A stretch of 63,218 nucleotides of DNA, counting the filler, from Candidatus Sysuiplasma jiujiangense (GTDB lineage: Archaea > Thermoplasmatota > Thermoplasmata > Sysuiplasmatales > Sysuiplasmataceae), in the NCBI GenBank assembly GCA_019721075.1. It is 10 parts of 10 records of this genome, joined end to end, with 100 filler letters (N's around TTAATTAATTAA, not from the genome) between each part and the next. Parts side by side here need not be neighbours in the genome. Positions count along the whole stretch, not along the records: positions 22,072 to 28,839 come from JAHEAD010000037.1; positions 28,940 to 35,363 come from JAHEAD010000038.1; positions 35,464 to 41,651 come from JAHEAD010000039.1; 7 more parts are not named here. The stretch is one strand, 5' to 3'. The translations under genes were made by a program, and so were the position numbers. Shown here piece by piece: positions 27,758 to 40,199 of this stretch. How positions within the stretch are numbered: position 1 is the stretch's first letter; each line of letters opens with the position of its first letter. Below the pieces are notes generated by a model. The model searched no databases and was not told where the DNA came from. It worked only from the letters and a program-made list of their open reading frames with translations.

Positions 27758-28093
27758 ATGGCAGCAGAGTTCAGGAGCAGGGGGAAGGGAAGCGCAAGGA
27801 AGGTATACCCGGTGAGTGCACCGGCGCCAAGGCTGGCAAGGAGCACAGACCCGAAATGGATACAGGCATCGGACAACCCGAAGCACAACGGGTACGTCCG
27901 GGAATACATGATGGACCATTACGGGCCTGAGGCATTCACCGAATCGGGCACCATAAGGATGGACTACCTGGAGAAGGCGATCCAGGAGACCCATGACAGG
28001 CATGAGATTACATGGGAGAAGAGGCTCGTAAGGGCCCGCACCCTGAAGAACATCAGCCGTGAAAAGGGCAAAGAGGCATCGGCTGCGACCTGA
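27758..28093 (+). CDS. Fusellovirus VP2-like DNA-binding virion protein with N-terminal extension
   Basis: KWIQ..GYVREYMMDHYGPEAFTESGTIRMDYLEKAI..RARTLK matches SSV1 VP2 as recalled from memory (KWVQ..GRVHRYLMRLYGKRAFTKDGDIKASYLDKAI..LAKRLK). Confidence 0.75.
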   Translation: MAAEFRSRGKGSARKVYPVSAPAPRLARSTDPKWIQASDNPKHNGYVREYMMDHYGPEAFTESGTIRMDYLEKAIQETHDRHEITWEKRLVRARTLKNISREKGKEASAAT

Positions 28094-28272
28094 TTCATCA
28101 ATCGCCGAATTTTTTCCCCTGAGCTCAGCTGAGATCTCACACTCGAGGGCCTGAGATCTCGGATATTAATTATGGAAGTGGTTCCCAACAGAAGCCGCTC
28201 CGCCGGTGATTCGGCATTTGACGGTTATACTGTGACATGGATTATGGCCACAATTTGGATCCACGTCATGTA

Positions 28273-28300
28273 TAATTCATGAGATTAATCACGTGAATTA
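28273..28300. promoter_or_regulatory. 28-bp imperfect palindrome, candidate recombinase or repressor site
   Basis: TAATTCATGAGATTAATCACGTGAATTA; 12 of 14 positions symmetric. Confidence 0.4.
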
Positions 28301-28699
28301 AAAATTTATTTCTCCGGATGGTCTGCCGCTGCGTGTTTCAGCAGTTTAACGGGACGAGAAAAAAATGTTCAAGCTGCTTCTTGGATCCTCCTGTTCACGA
28401 CATACCTGGTTTTGTATAGAAATTCCAATATCTGTTCACAGTTCAGCCCATATGTTCACGAAATTGACGGTTTGTTCATACACTGTGTCAAGATGGAATT
28501 AAAATCCATCTTCATAGCAGTTCGCTCCTGTTATATAAAGATTAGTGGAACAATCTTCCATGATACTATACTTTTGTTCCGTCATCTATTTTATACCGAA
28601 AAGGCAGGTAATATTCTATGGCAAACCCTTTCAAACAAGGCTTAAATCAAATTATAAGAGGTCAGGATAAAAATAAAATTGAAAATTTTTAAGAAATGA

Positions 28700-28789
28700 T
28701 TACTTCTTTTTCCCGTTCACTTTCACACGCACAGGGACAAGAACGACCATCGTTCTGTCTCGTCTTTTCTTGCTGATTCGTTTGTTCAT
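28700..28789 (-). CDS. Possible 29-aa basic peptide (MNKRISKKRRDRTMVVLVPVRVKVNGKKK)
   Basis: GGAGGG RBS followed by ATG; very short. Confidence 0.35.
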   Translation of the reverse strand: MNKRISKKRRDRTMVVLVPVRVKVNGKKK

Positions 28790-29220
28790 CACTTCCCTCC
28801 ATTGTTCTTTATAAGTTTCTGCAGGCGTTTGCGTTTTGCNNNNNNNNNNNNNNNNNNNNNNNNNNNNNNNNNNNNNNNNNNNNTTAATTAATTAANNNNN
28901 NNNNNNNNNNNNNNNNNNNNNNNNNNNNNNNNNNNNNNNCGGAGAGGACATGTCTTTTTGATCGAAAAATGTACCGGTCACTGACTTTGTTCTGCAACTG
29001 GCGGTTTCAAATATAAGATCCTCAAATCTTTATGACCCGTTGTGGCAGCAGACGGAGGAGATGAGAACACCTGTCGTCTGACAACTGTCAGCTGATTCAA
29101 AACACTTAAGTAACCATTAGAGAATGTCAAATACGGGATGCACTTGCAACATTCATTAGCGCTATTGCCCGCTCGTTTAATTTTTGACTCGCCCGATAAA
29201 GCGCGGGAGGAGGGTGGTAA

Positions 29221-31101
29221 ATGATCCCTGATTCCGAGCTCTTCTTTCAGTTTGGAATCATAATGCTGCTCGCATTTATCGGCGCGGGAATAGCCTCGAG
29301 GCTGGGACAGTCGGTAATACTCGGATACATAGCTGTCGGAGCGCTCATAGGACCATTCATCAGATTCACTCTGTTTGGCCACACTTATACGGGGCTCATA
29401 CAGAACACGGAGCTGCTGAGTTACTTCGCAAAGATGGGTCTTGTTCTTCTGCTGTTCTTCGTCGGGCTCGAATTTTCCATAAGCAAACTTAAGAAAACAA
29501 AAACCGCCGCCACGATACTTGCCGTATTTAATCTTGCCGTGGATATGTTCTTTGGAGTTGTCATAGGCACATATATGCGCTGGCCGTTAGAGGACGTATT
29601 CTTTCTCGCAGCGATTGTCGCCACCGGCTCGTCTGCAGTCGCGGCAAAGGGCATAATGGAGATTGGAAAGCTTTCGGCCCCTGAAACAGAATTCATAATA
29701 GGCATGAGCGTCGTCGAGGATTTCATTGCAATGCTTCTGCTGACCATTGCGGGCGGTTTAATGACCAGGACTTCAGGAGGTCCTTCAAGCATCTGGCAAC
29801 TGATGTCTTTCGTGGGCTTATTTTACCTCTTCTTCGTCATACTGGCGGTGATAGTCGTGCCACGTGTCCTCAGGCACATAGAGGTCATAAAGAACGACGA
29901 AATGTTCATACTGTTTGCACTGGGGATAGTGTTCATATCCGTAGCACTTGCCGATGCGCTTTATGTGGAATCACTGATTGGGGCATTTTTCATCGGAATG
30001 GTATTCGCCGAAACATCCATGACAGAAAGACTTAAGGAAAAGCTCATGTCAATGAGAGATGCATTTGTTGCGATATTCTTCATTTACTTCGGGATGCTGA
30101 TAGATCCGGCTATCCTTATGCAGGTTGTTCCGCTGCTTCTTCTTGCCGTACCGATGATGCTTATGAGTGACATAATACTCACTTCCTGCATCGCAATGCT
30201 GATCGGTTTTCCGTCAAAACATGCGTTTTTCGTCGGGGCATCCTCCGCATTCAGAGGTGCAGAATCACTGCTCTTCGCAAGCGTGGGAGGAAGCGCCATG
30301 GGCGTAAAGTATTCAAGACAGCTGTATGCAATTGCCGGTCCCTTTTCTCTGATCATGGATTTAATTGCGCTACCGGTATTGAAGAAATCTTCACGCCTGA
30401 CTTCCAGGCTGGCCGCAATTGTGCCTGAATATATGCGATTCACCTCATCTCTGATCTCCAGAACATTTTCCAAACTCGTCATGCCGCAGTCTCTTCAGAT
30501 TTATGGCAATGCAAAGAGGACCACGCTTCCTCTGTGGTCTTTCATAATCTCATCAGCCATTGCCATATTTTTTTCTTATCCGCTGCGTCTCATCCCCATG
30601 GCGGTCGCAGGGCTATCGGCCTTTCTCTCGGTATCCATACTCAAAAAAGATTTGCATTCATCCATCAACCTCATCAATTACGCAAACATTGGAGTAACTG
30701 GTGGCAGTTCATCTGAAATACTGTCTCTGATAATGAAACTCGTATCGGGTCTTCTCATTTCGGTTATTTCAGTCATAGGAGTCGCGGCTTTCTACATTCC
30801 ACTTGGCCTCATCCCTATTTCTCTTTACGTCCTCTACATGATGAAAACGATGAATACTTCATACAAAAAATTGATACCAAAAATGAGAATGCCGTACCCA
30901 AACAGAGCAACGTTTTCAGGCAGTGTTGCTGATATCCGGAGAGACAACAGTTTTGTAAAATATCCGGCAGGCAACAGCAGCACTGTAACCAGGGCAGGGA
31001 AACTGCCTGGCGCCAACTACGCATTCCTTAAATTGAAAAAAGGGGCTAAAGAAGCCAAAAACGGTTTTGAAGACGGCATCTATCCTCCTGGACTGAAATG
31101 A
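29221..31101 (+). CDS. Cation:proton antiporter, CPA2/Kef-type, with C-terminal membrane extension
   Basis: LGYIAVGALIGP, GLVLLLFFVGLEFS, SSAVAAK, VVEDF, GAFFIG, RDAFVAIFFIYFGMLID. Confidence 0.9.
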   Translation: MIPDSELFFQFGIIMLLAFIGAGIASRLGQSVILGYIAVGALIGPFIRFTLFGHTYTGLIQNTELLSYFAKMGLVLLLFFVGLEFSISKLKKTKTAATILAVFNLAVDMFFGVVIGTYMRWPLEDVFFLAAIVATGSSAVAAKGIMEIGKLSAPETEFIIGMSVVEDFIAMLLLTIAGGLMTRTSGGPSSIWQLMSFVGLFYLFFVILAVIVVPRVLRHIEVIKNDEMFILFALGIVFISVALADALYVESLIGAFFIGMVFAETSMTERLKEKLMSMRDAFVAIFFIYFGMLIDPAILMQVVPLLLLAVPMMLMSDIILTSCIAMLIGFPSKHAFFVGASSAFRGAESLLFASVGGSAMGVKYSRQLYAIAGPFSLIMDLIALPVLKKSSRLTSRLAAIVPEYMRFTSSLISRTFSKLVMPQSLQIYGNAKRTTLPLWSFIISSAIAIFFSYPLRLIPMAVAGLSAFLSVSILKKDLHSSINLINYANIGVTGGSSSEILSLIMKLVSGLLISVISVIGVAAFYIPLGLIPISLYVLYMMKTMNTSYKKLIPKMRMPYPNRATFSGSVADIRRDNSFVKYPAGNSSTVTRAGKLPGANYAFLKLKKGAKEAKNGFEDGIYPPGLK

Positions 31102-31104
31102 AAC

Positions 31105-31356
31105 TCAGTGCGCAACCAGTCCTTTGCCGATGCCCTTGGCCGCAGCCGCAACGGCCGCACCTATTCCGCCTCCACCCGCACCTCCGGCGAGCGCGTTCTT
31201 TACTGCGCTCACAACGGTATACCCGTGGGTCGTTGCGGGTATGTGCTGTAGCGCAATTGCGAGACCTGCAGGATGGCCTGCTGCCACGGACGCGACACCC
31301 AGTCCTACTGCCCCTGCTGCTGCTCCTATTGCTGCAGCTGCTGCTATTCCTATCAT
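31105..31356 (-). CDS. Small Ala/Gly-rich hydrophobic protein
   Basis: 83 aa, convergent with the antiporter; composition is more protein-like than the overlapping frames. Confidence 0.5.
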   Translation of the reverse strand: MIGIAAAAAIGAAAGAVGLGVASVAAGHPAGLAIALQHIPATTHGYTVVSAVKNALAGGAGGGGIGAAVAAAAKGIGKGLVAH

Positions 31357-31433
31357 AATGGCAATACTGTTCAGGATTGCTTATAAGCTTAATTTGACGA
31401 TTATCGAATGCCTCAGGAGTATCCTGCCAAAAC

Positions 31434-31784
31434 TTATGGCAGGGTTCTTTTTTCTTCTGTGGACATCCACGTTGCAAGATCACAGAGTATTTTTCTAAGC
31501 TCTATGCCCCTGTCTGTCAACATGTATTCAACAGTCGGAGGGGAAAAGGGTCTTACAGTTCGCTCGAGAACACCTATCTTTTCCATCTGACTGAGCCGAT
31601 CTGAAAGGCAGGCTGAGCTTATCCCGGTGACCATTCTCTTCAGTTCATTAAATCTTGCAGAACGCTTAAGCCCAAGAGCATATACCAACGGCATTGTCCA
31701 CTTCTTGCCTATCTGGTTGTAAACCGCTGTGAAATCCCTGCATTCTCTGATTTGTGCTTCTTCTTCCTGCTGATTTTGATACAT
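31434..31784 (-). CDS. HxlR-family winged-helix transcriptional regulator
   Basis: IGKKWTMPLV..RFNELKRMVTGIS..LSDRL..PPTVEYMLTDRG; start moved to ATG 31784. Confidence 0.9.
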   Translation of the reverse strand: MYQNQQEEEAQIRECRDFTAVYNQIGKKWTMPLVYALGLKRSARFNELKRMVTGISSACLSDRLSQMEKIGVLERTVRPFSPPTVEYMLTDRGIELRKILCDLATWMSTEEKRTLP

Positions 31785-32063
31785 ACTTAGGTAAGAATTA
31801 CAACCTTCTCTATTTAATCTGCATGTCACTGGCCACATTACAGCTGTATCGAGTTCCTTACGGTCACGCAATGGCAATAGCGCAGGATACCACCAAATTG
31901 TGCCGATCCGGCGCCATACTTCCGGATGACTGTTCTCAACCTGCATATATCCGCGGTAATAGAGAATTGGAACTGAAAGGGTTTATGGAAGGCAACACTG
32001 GGATGCCAGTACGAAGCAGTCTGTGTAACGGCAAGCCGTTGCTGCAAAACTTCTAGCACTAAT

Positions 32064-34977
<2,914 letters not shown>

Positions 34978-35463
34978 TGGCTATCGGCTCTGCACACGTC
35001 CAGACTGCAATTGACTGGCATCACGAACCGCTATACCTGCCTTCCACAGGCATAGGGCCTCTCCACTTCCTCGGTGAAGTTACTCGCCGAGTGCACGCGC
35101 CTTAATATTACGTCGATTCGACTTATTAAACCTTCCCGAGTCATTAACGCTGCATCCATTAACGAAGAAGAGCGGCTGACAGGGGATCATTCAATATTTT
35201 GTCTTTGACGATTGAGGGCTTACGGTCGAAGTTGTTCCCCTTCTATATACCTTTCGGAACACTTCAGAACCTCCGAAGCCGATTTGAAGTTTGATGGTTC
35301 AGCCTGTTGTTATCTTGGGCTCCTGAGAGTTTGAGAAGGAATCTGCCGCGTATGCCATACGCTNNNNNNNNNNNNNNNNNNNNNNNNNNNNNNNNNNNNN
35401 NNNNNNNTTAATTAATTAANNNNNNNNNNNNNNNNNNNNNNNNNNNNNNNNNNNNNNNNNNNN

Positions 35464-35562
35464 GAATGTATATATAACCACTTGAATATATCCATTCACA
35501 GTTTCTGGGGAGGCGAGCCATCGAGCCCCAGAAACTTGGATGGCTTCTTTCCCAGGAATTAG
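35464..35562 (+). repeat. 107-bp direct repeat, left copy (first 8 nt cut by the contig start)
   Basis: Identical to 15211-15309. Confidence 0.95.
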
Positions 35563-35590
35563 GAATACCGTAAAACAAAGGTGAACATTA

Positions 35591-35812
35591 ATGTATGACT
35601 CAATAACGGGGATACTGATAGTAGCAGGCATAATAGTCGTATTATTCGGTTACAAGAAATTTCCGGATATCGTACGAAGTTTTGGAAGAGCAACAGGCGA
35701 GTTCCAGAAAGGCAAAATGGAAGCACAGAAGGAACTCGATGAAATAAAGAAATCTGTTGCTGAGCCTGCAACTGATGTCAAGAACACAGTAGCAGAAATA
35801 AAGAAAGGGTAA
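35591..35812 (+). CDS. tatA: Twin-arginine translocase subunit TatA/TatE
   Basis: Two amino-acid differences from 15338-15559. Confidence 0.93.
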   Translation: MYDSITGILIVAGIIVVLFGYKKFPDIVRSFGRATGEFQKGKMEAQKELDEIKKSVAEPATDVKNTVAEIKKG

Positions 35813-35817
35813 TATAA

Positions 35818-36597
35818 ATGGGCGAAGGCATCCTTGATGAACTGCAACCACATCTCTCCGAGTTGTTTCGGAGATTGAAGCACATAGGCATTGCCTTCGT
35901 CATCGTTCTTTTAACAGTGTTCATGTTCAATCCACTGAAACTCACATTCGGTCTCACAGGTTCATTCACGGTTTATGCGTTCAACCTTATCTCAAAGAAT
36001 ATCGGAGGTGTGAAGATCATAACGATCTCGCCTTTTGAGGCACTTTTCACTGATCTCTTTCTCGGTGTTGTGATATCCATCATGATATTGCTTCCTTATA
36101 TTCTCTATAATACCATCGCATTTATTCTTCCTGGGATGTCAAAAAGGGAGAAGCGTCTCTTGAAGATATCTCTTATACCAGGAACCATCATGTTCATTGT
36201 TGGAATGTCGTTCGCATGGTATCTCCTGATACCGCTGATGTTCCATTTTACAGCAATTCTGGATCCGGCAATGGGCGTTCAGCCGACTGTATCTGCACAG
36301 AAGCTGATCGGTCTCCTGCTGACAATCATATTTTCACTTGGTCTCGTGTTTGAGATGCCACTGATAATTTCTGCACTCGTTTATCTCGGCATTGTAGATG
36401 TTCAGTTTCTCAGGGCAAAATGGAGATACGCAGTTGCAGGCTCATTCATAGCTGCATGGATAATATCACCGGGTGCAACTGGTGGCTTGATCGAGACGGC
36501 AATGGGATTGATATTTTCAGGCTTGTACTTTTCCGGTATATATCTCGGAAAGTTCATGGAAGTAAGAAAAAGGAGTTATGTGTATGTGGAAGCATAA
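35818..36597 (+). CDS. tatC: Twin-arginine translocase subunit TatC
   Basis: Same length and motifs as 15565-16344. Confidence 0.93.
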   Translation: MGEGILDELQPHLSELFRRLKHIGIAFVIVLLTVFMFNPLKLTFGLTGSFTVYAFNLISKNIGGVKIITISPFEALFTDLFLGVVISIMILLPYILYNTIAFILPGMSKREKRLLKISLIPGTIMFIVGMSFAWYLLIPLMFHFTAILDPAMGVQPTVSAQKLIGLLLTIIFSLGLVFEMPLIISALVYLGIVDVQFLRAKWRYAVAGSFIAAWIISPGATGGLIETAMGLIFSGLYFSGIYLGKFMEVRKRSYVYVEA

Positions 36598-38371
36598 AGA
36601 ATCGAAGTGGTTGGTAAGAGGAGGAAGGAAAGTCCGATGTTATCTATGTGGAAAGAAGATTCTCACAAAGGGTGATCTTTTCCTTTTCAATCAGGTCACA
36701 GGGTATTATTCCCATCAGTCCTGTCAGGCTGAAAGCACCACTATAAGCGGAAATGAAAGACGAAGGGCAGTCAAGAAGATAGCCGTTGGGGCTGCTGTTG
36801 TCGGTGCCATAGCTGCTGGTGCAGGAAAATTCCTCGATGTTTCTTCTCAATCGAAGAATTCTCCTGCTGCACAGACAATCCTGACATCACAGGGACTGAT
36901 ACCACCTGCATTGACTTCCGATCCTGCCAATCCTGTTCCCGGACAGATATGGTACAGATCGGATGCAGGAGTTGAAGCTCATTTCGATGGCGTTCAGAAT
37001 CGTGTTGTCTATTCATCTGAAATCAATGATGGCAATGTCAATGTCACATCTAAAGGGATAGTAAACGGTCTATCTGTATTGCCGAACGATGGAAAAGGTG
37101 GCTTCGGCCCTGACACAACAAAAGGTGCAACGGCACCTGGGCAGTATGGAAGCCCGTACACGAAGACATCGGGAATACAACCAGCGGTAAATTATATATA
37201 CAACTCGGGTACTACTACTAACGGTAATGGAGGGAAATCATTGCTCGTTGGCTCAATTTGTCTGGATGGGGATGTTTTTGAGATAGATGCTCCAATTACA
37301 ATTCCTGCTGCTCCGTCAGGCACGTATGGTCCTAACCTAACAATAAAAGGACGTGGCTTGCAGAATACCATTTTAAATTTCAATTTTGACAGCGAATGGG
37401 GAATTACTATATCTTCGGATAATTCGTATGGCATGTTTTCTTTTGAGGGATTTTCTCCGGATGCAGGATCGGGATACACGCCAAATGGTTGGTTAAATGC
37501 AGATTGGTCTGGCTCGAGTAATGCAGGCCAATCAAACATGATATTAAAAGACATAAATGTCTACCCTGCAACATGGGCAACAAATTCGATGGTACTTAAA
37601 TCGATGGCATACGTACTTTTGCTTAATGTGTGGGATACTACCAATTCATCTAACACCGGGCCAGTCCTCGCAAGCGAACTAAATCAATGGATAGGTGGTG
37701 TGTCATATCAACCAATCAACCTAACCAACACTTCCATTGGCACATTTGTCACAGAATTAGACGGATTGCAATCTTGCCCAGTCAGTGTCACTTTTGGAAC
37801 AGTTCTACTAAGTGTTAGAAACTGTATGGGATTTGTTTTTACGATAGGAGCAGCAACAATGACCAATCTGTATCTGGAAAATGTGCATTATGGTTCACTG
37901 TCAGGTTCAGCCCTGATCAGTGCAACGTCTGCTTCCACTATCAACATGATCACCATAAAAGGATTATACACAAACACAACACAGACCAAATCATTGTTAG
38001 ATACCACGAATTTAACTGTGCTAAAACTATCTGCTGAAGGTGTAAATCCATCATCCGGTACACTGACACTCCCATCCGTTTCCATACCCACAAACCCTCC
38101 AGTCTCCGGCACAGCGTACCAGAACACCAATCCCTACGATATACGCCTCAAGATACCAGTGACGTACTCACCGACATCGTCAGCGGCAGCGACACTGGCA
38201 ACTGGAACATCCACAAGTTCTACAGTGACAACCTCCACGAAGGTATCATATCCGGCGGGAATTACTACTGGAATTATTGAAACCTATGAAATGGTAGTGA
38301 AAGCAGGACAATATTTTAAGCTCGTAGTGACGAATGCAACCATCGGAACGGTGGAAGTTCAGGCAGCGTGA
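36578..38371 (+). CDS. Twin-arginine tailspike-like beta-helix protein, allele 2 with a different C-terminal tip
   Basis: Colinear with 16325-18100 up to YQNTNPYDI, then strongly divergent. Confidence 0.8.
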   Translation: MCMWKHKESKWLVRGGRKVRCYLCGKKILTKGDLFLFNQVTGYYSHQSCQAESTTISGNERRRAVKKIAVGAAVVGAIAAGAGKFLDVSSQSKNSPAAQTILTSQGLIPPALTSDPANPVPGQIWYRSDAGVEAHFDGVQNRVVYSSEINDGNVNVTSKGIVNGLSVLPNDGKGGFGPDTTKGATAPGQYGSPYTKTSGIQPAVNYIYNSGTTTNGNGGKSLLVGSICLDGDVFEIDAPITIPAAPSGTYGPNLTIKGRGLQNTILNFNFDSEWGITISSDNSYGMFSFEGFSPDAGSGYTPNGWLNADWSGSSNAGQSNMILKDINVYPATWATNSMVLKSMAYVLLLNVWDTTNSSNTGPVLASELNQWIGGVSYQPINLTNTSIGTFVTELDGLQSCPVSVTFGTVLLSVRNCMGFVFTIGAATMTNLYLENVHYGSLSGSALISATSASTINMITIKGLYTNTTQTKSLLDTTNLTVLKLSAEGVNPSSGTLTLPSVSIPTNPPVSGTAYQNTNPYDIRLKIPVTYSPTSSAAATLATGTSTSSTVTTSTKVSYPAGITTGIIETYEMVVKAGQYFKLVVTNATIGTVEVQAA

Positions 38372-38375
38372 TAAT

Positions 38376-38897
38376 ACGAAAATCAAATGCCCCGTTGCAC
38401 TCTGCGGATGGGAAGGCAAAACCCACGATTTCTGGAAGCACATAGAAGACTACAAGACCACATGGAAAGATGTTATGGACAGTGGATTTCCGAGGTCGGA
38501 ATCGCATGAAAGATGGGCATCCTATTTCTTTCCTAAAATCTGGAACAATCCTGATCTGCCTGAAAAGGTAAGATGGACAAACATTGCAGTTGCCTACGTG
38601 AGTCAAATGAAGAATCAAAGCAAGATGGCACAGCACAAGGGAAAGAAACTCTCTCCCGATGGTTCTGACAAGATAGAAATGCATGACGGCAAGATCATGA
38701 TGAACGGGCAGGAATACTCGCCTGATGAATTTGCGAAGGTAATGCCCGGAATCAAGGTTCCACAGGGGCAGAAGCCTCCGTTTGAGACTATCAAGGATAT
38801 TTCAGGTGATTTACGGATCACCCATGAAGGGAAAGAATATACTGTTGAAGAGTTCAGGAAGTTGCAGAGAGAGAAATTGGAGATGCTGAAGAAATGA
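38376..38897 (+). CDS. C2H2 zinc-finger-like protein, allele 2 (ACG at the ATG position)
   Basis: (T)KIKCPVALC; homologous to 18106-18624 throughout. Confidence 0.7.
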   Translation, partial: TKIKCPVALCGWEGKTHDFWKHIEDYKTTWKDVMDSGFPRSESHERWASYFFPKIWNNPDLPEKVRWTNIAVAYVSQMKNQSKMAQHKGKKLSPDGSDKIEMHDGKIMMNGQEYSPDEFAKVMPGIKVPQGQKPPFETIKDISGDLRITHEGKEYTVEEFRKLQREKLEMLKK

Positions 38898-40009
38898 GGA
38901 TGAGGCTGCTTGTGGTTCCGATGCTTTTCCTTTTACTGATGGGAATGATTGTAGTACCGCAAGCGAATGCCTCGACACCTCCTTCTGTGCATTTCAACAG
39001 CAGTCCGATCACTACATGGTATAACCAGACTCCGTATGAGTATGCGGCATCCATATCGGAACCGTATAACTGGACTCTCAAGACAAACGCATCCATGCAC
39101 ATGTCAGGTGGCAATACGGTGAATGATACGAAAGCACAGACCGTGTTTGGCATCCTTTCAACAGGTAGCTACTGGGTCAATCTTTCTATCTCATACCATA
39201 ATGCTACCAATGTAACCACATTGCTGATCTACCAGAATTTCACGTTGACAATCCTCAATAAGCCCTACATATATTCCACACCTGAAACCTTCTTCTATCA
39301 GGATTCTACCTATAACTACACCTATGAGATCAACCAGGGGAACATCACCAACTATTCTTCAGGATTCACGTTGAACAAGACTGCACATACGCTGTCTGAA
39401 TATCTATCTGGAACTTCGTATTCTTTCTTTATCACCGTATCGGATAAGAACGGAACATATACACAATACTGGGGGGCCAGCACGAACAGTACATACAGTT
39501 ATTCTTTCACCGCAAATCTTAGTGGAACCGTAGTAAGTGTCAAATCGATGATCACAGATATTGGGGTAAACAACACAAGCCTTCTTATGGATTCATATTC
39601 GGTCCTGTCGGTCCCTCGTACCTCCTATTCATACTCGTTCGTTATCATGAGCCCAACAGTGTATTCTATCTCGACTTCCTCCGCACTTGCACCTAATGTT
39701 ACCCTTTCTTTCAACCTTCTGGCCCCCGGGTCTTATAACGTCTTCATGATCAGCAATGTGTCTGGAACAACCATAGTGCTCAACAACGTCAGCTCTACAG
39801 GGACAGTCAACATAACCTACGATCCTGCCACCATGCCGCTGGACCCTGTATTCGAGGTTTCGCCTTCCATCGCTCCGCCTCCTCCATACCACCCTGTGCA
39901 GCCCACTCCTCCGATGAATTTCTTCCCCGCCTATGTCTTCTATATCCTCCTTGCAACGTCGGCATCTGGTGTTGCTGCCGGTGTATACATCATGATTCGC
40001 CGCAGATGA
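38894..40009 (+). CDS. Sec-exported, C-terminally anchored surface glycoprotein, allele 2
   Basis: 371 aa, colinear with 18621-19736. Confidence 0.85.
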   Translation: MRMRLLVVPMLFLLLMGMIVVPQANASTPPSVHFNSSPITTWYNQTPYEYAASISEPYNWTLKTNASMHMSGGNTVNDTKAQTVFGILSTGSYWVNLSISYHNATNVTTLLIYQNFTLTILNKPYIYSTPETFFYQDSTYNYTYEINQGNITNYSSGFTLNKTAHTLSEYLSGTSYSFFITVSDKNGTYTQYWGASTNSTYSYSFTANLSGTVVSVKSMITDIGVNNTSLLMDSYSVLSVPRTSYSYSFVIMSPTVYSISTSSALAPNVTLSFNLLAPGSYNVFMISNVSGTTIVLNNVSSTGTVNITYDPATMPLDPVFEVSPSIAPPPPYHPVQPTPPMNFFPAYVFYILLATSASGVAAGVYIMIRRR

Positions 40010-40106
40010 ATGTATATATAACCCCTTGAATATATCCATTCACAGTTTCTGGGGAAGCGAGCCATCGAGCCCCAGAAACTTGGATGGCTTCTTTCCCAGG
40101 AATTAG
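40000..40106 (+). repeat. 107-bp direct repeat, right copy (contig 6)
   Basis: Near-identical to the other three copies. Confidence 0.95.
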
Positions 40107-40199
40107 GAAAAATGGAGGGATAATCTCTCAAGGAATCGGCTCTCTGATGTTACATTCCAGTGGCTCGGACAGGCGATCTCCCTGTTGGATTCCTGAGAC

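Larger units (their letters stand above)
22072..28300 (+). mobile_element. Fragment of putative (pro)virus: distal morphogenesis module, ATPase, serine recombinase, VP2-like gene
   Basis: Overlapping co-oriented genes syntenic with 47484-50568. Confidence 0.7.

Noticed and set aside
27322..28003. Overlapping ORFs 27322-27549, 27400-27654, 27404-27646 and 27413-28003
   Set aside because: No RBS or motifs; they overlap repeats or are antisense to the VP2-like gene.
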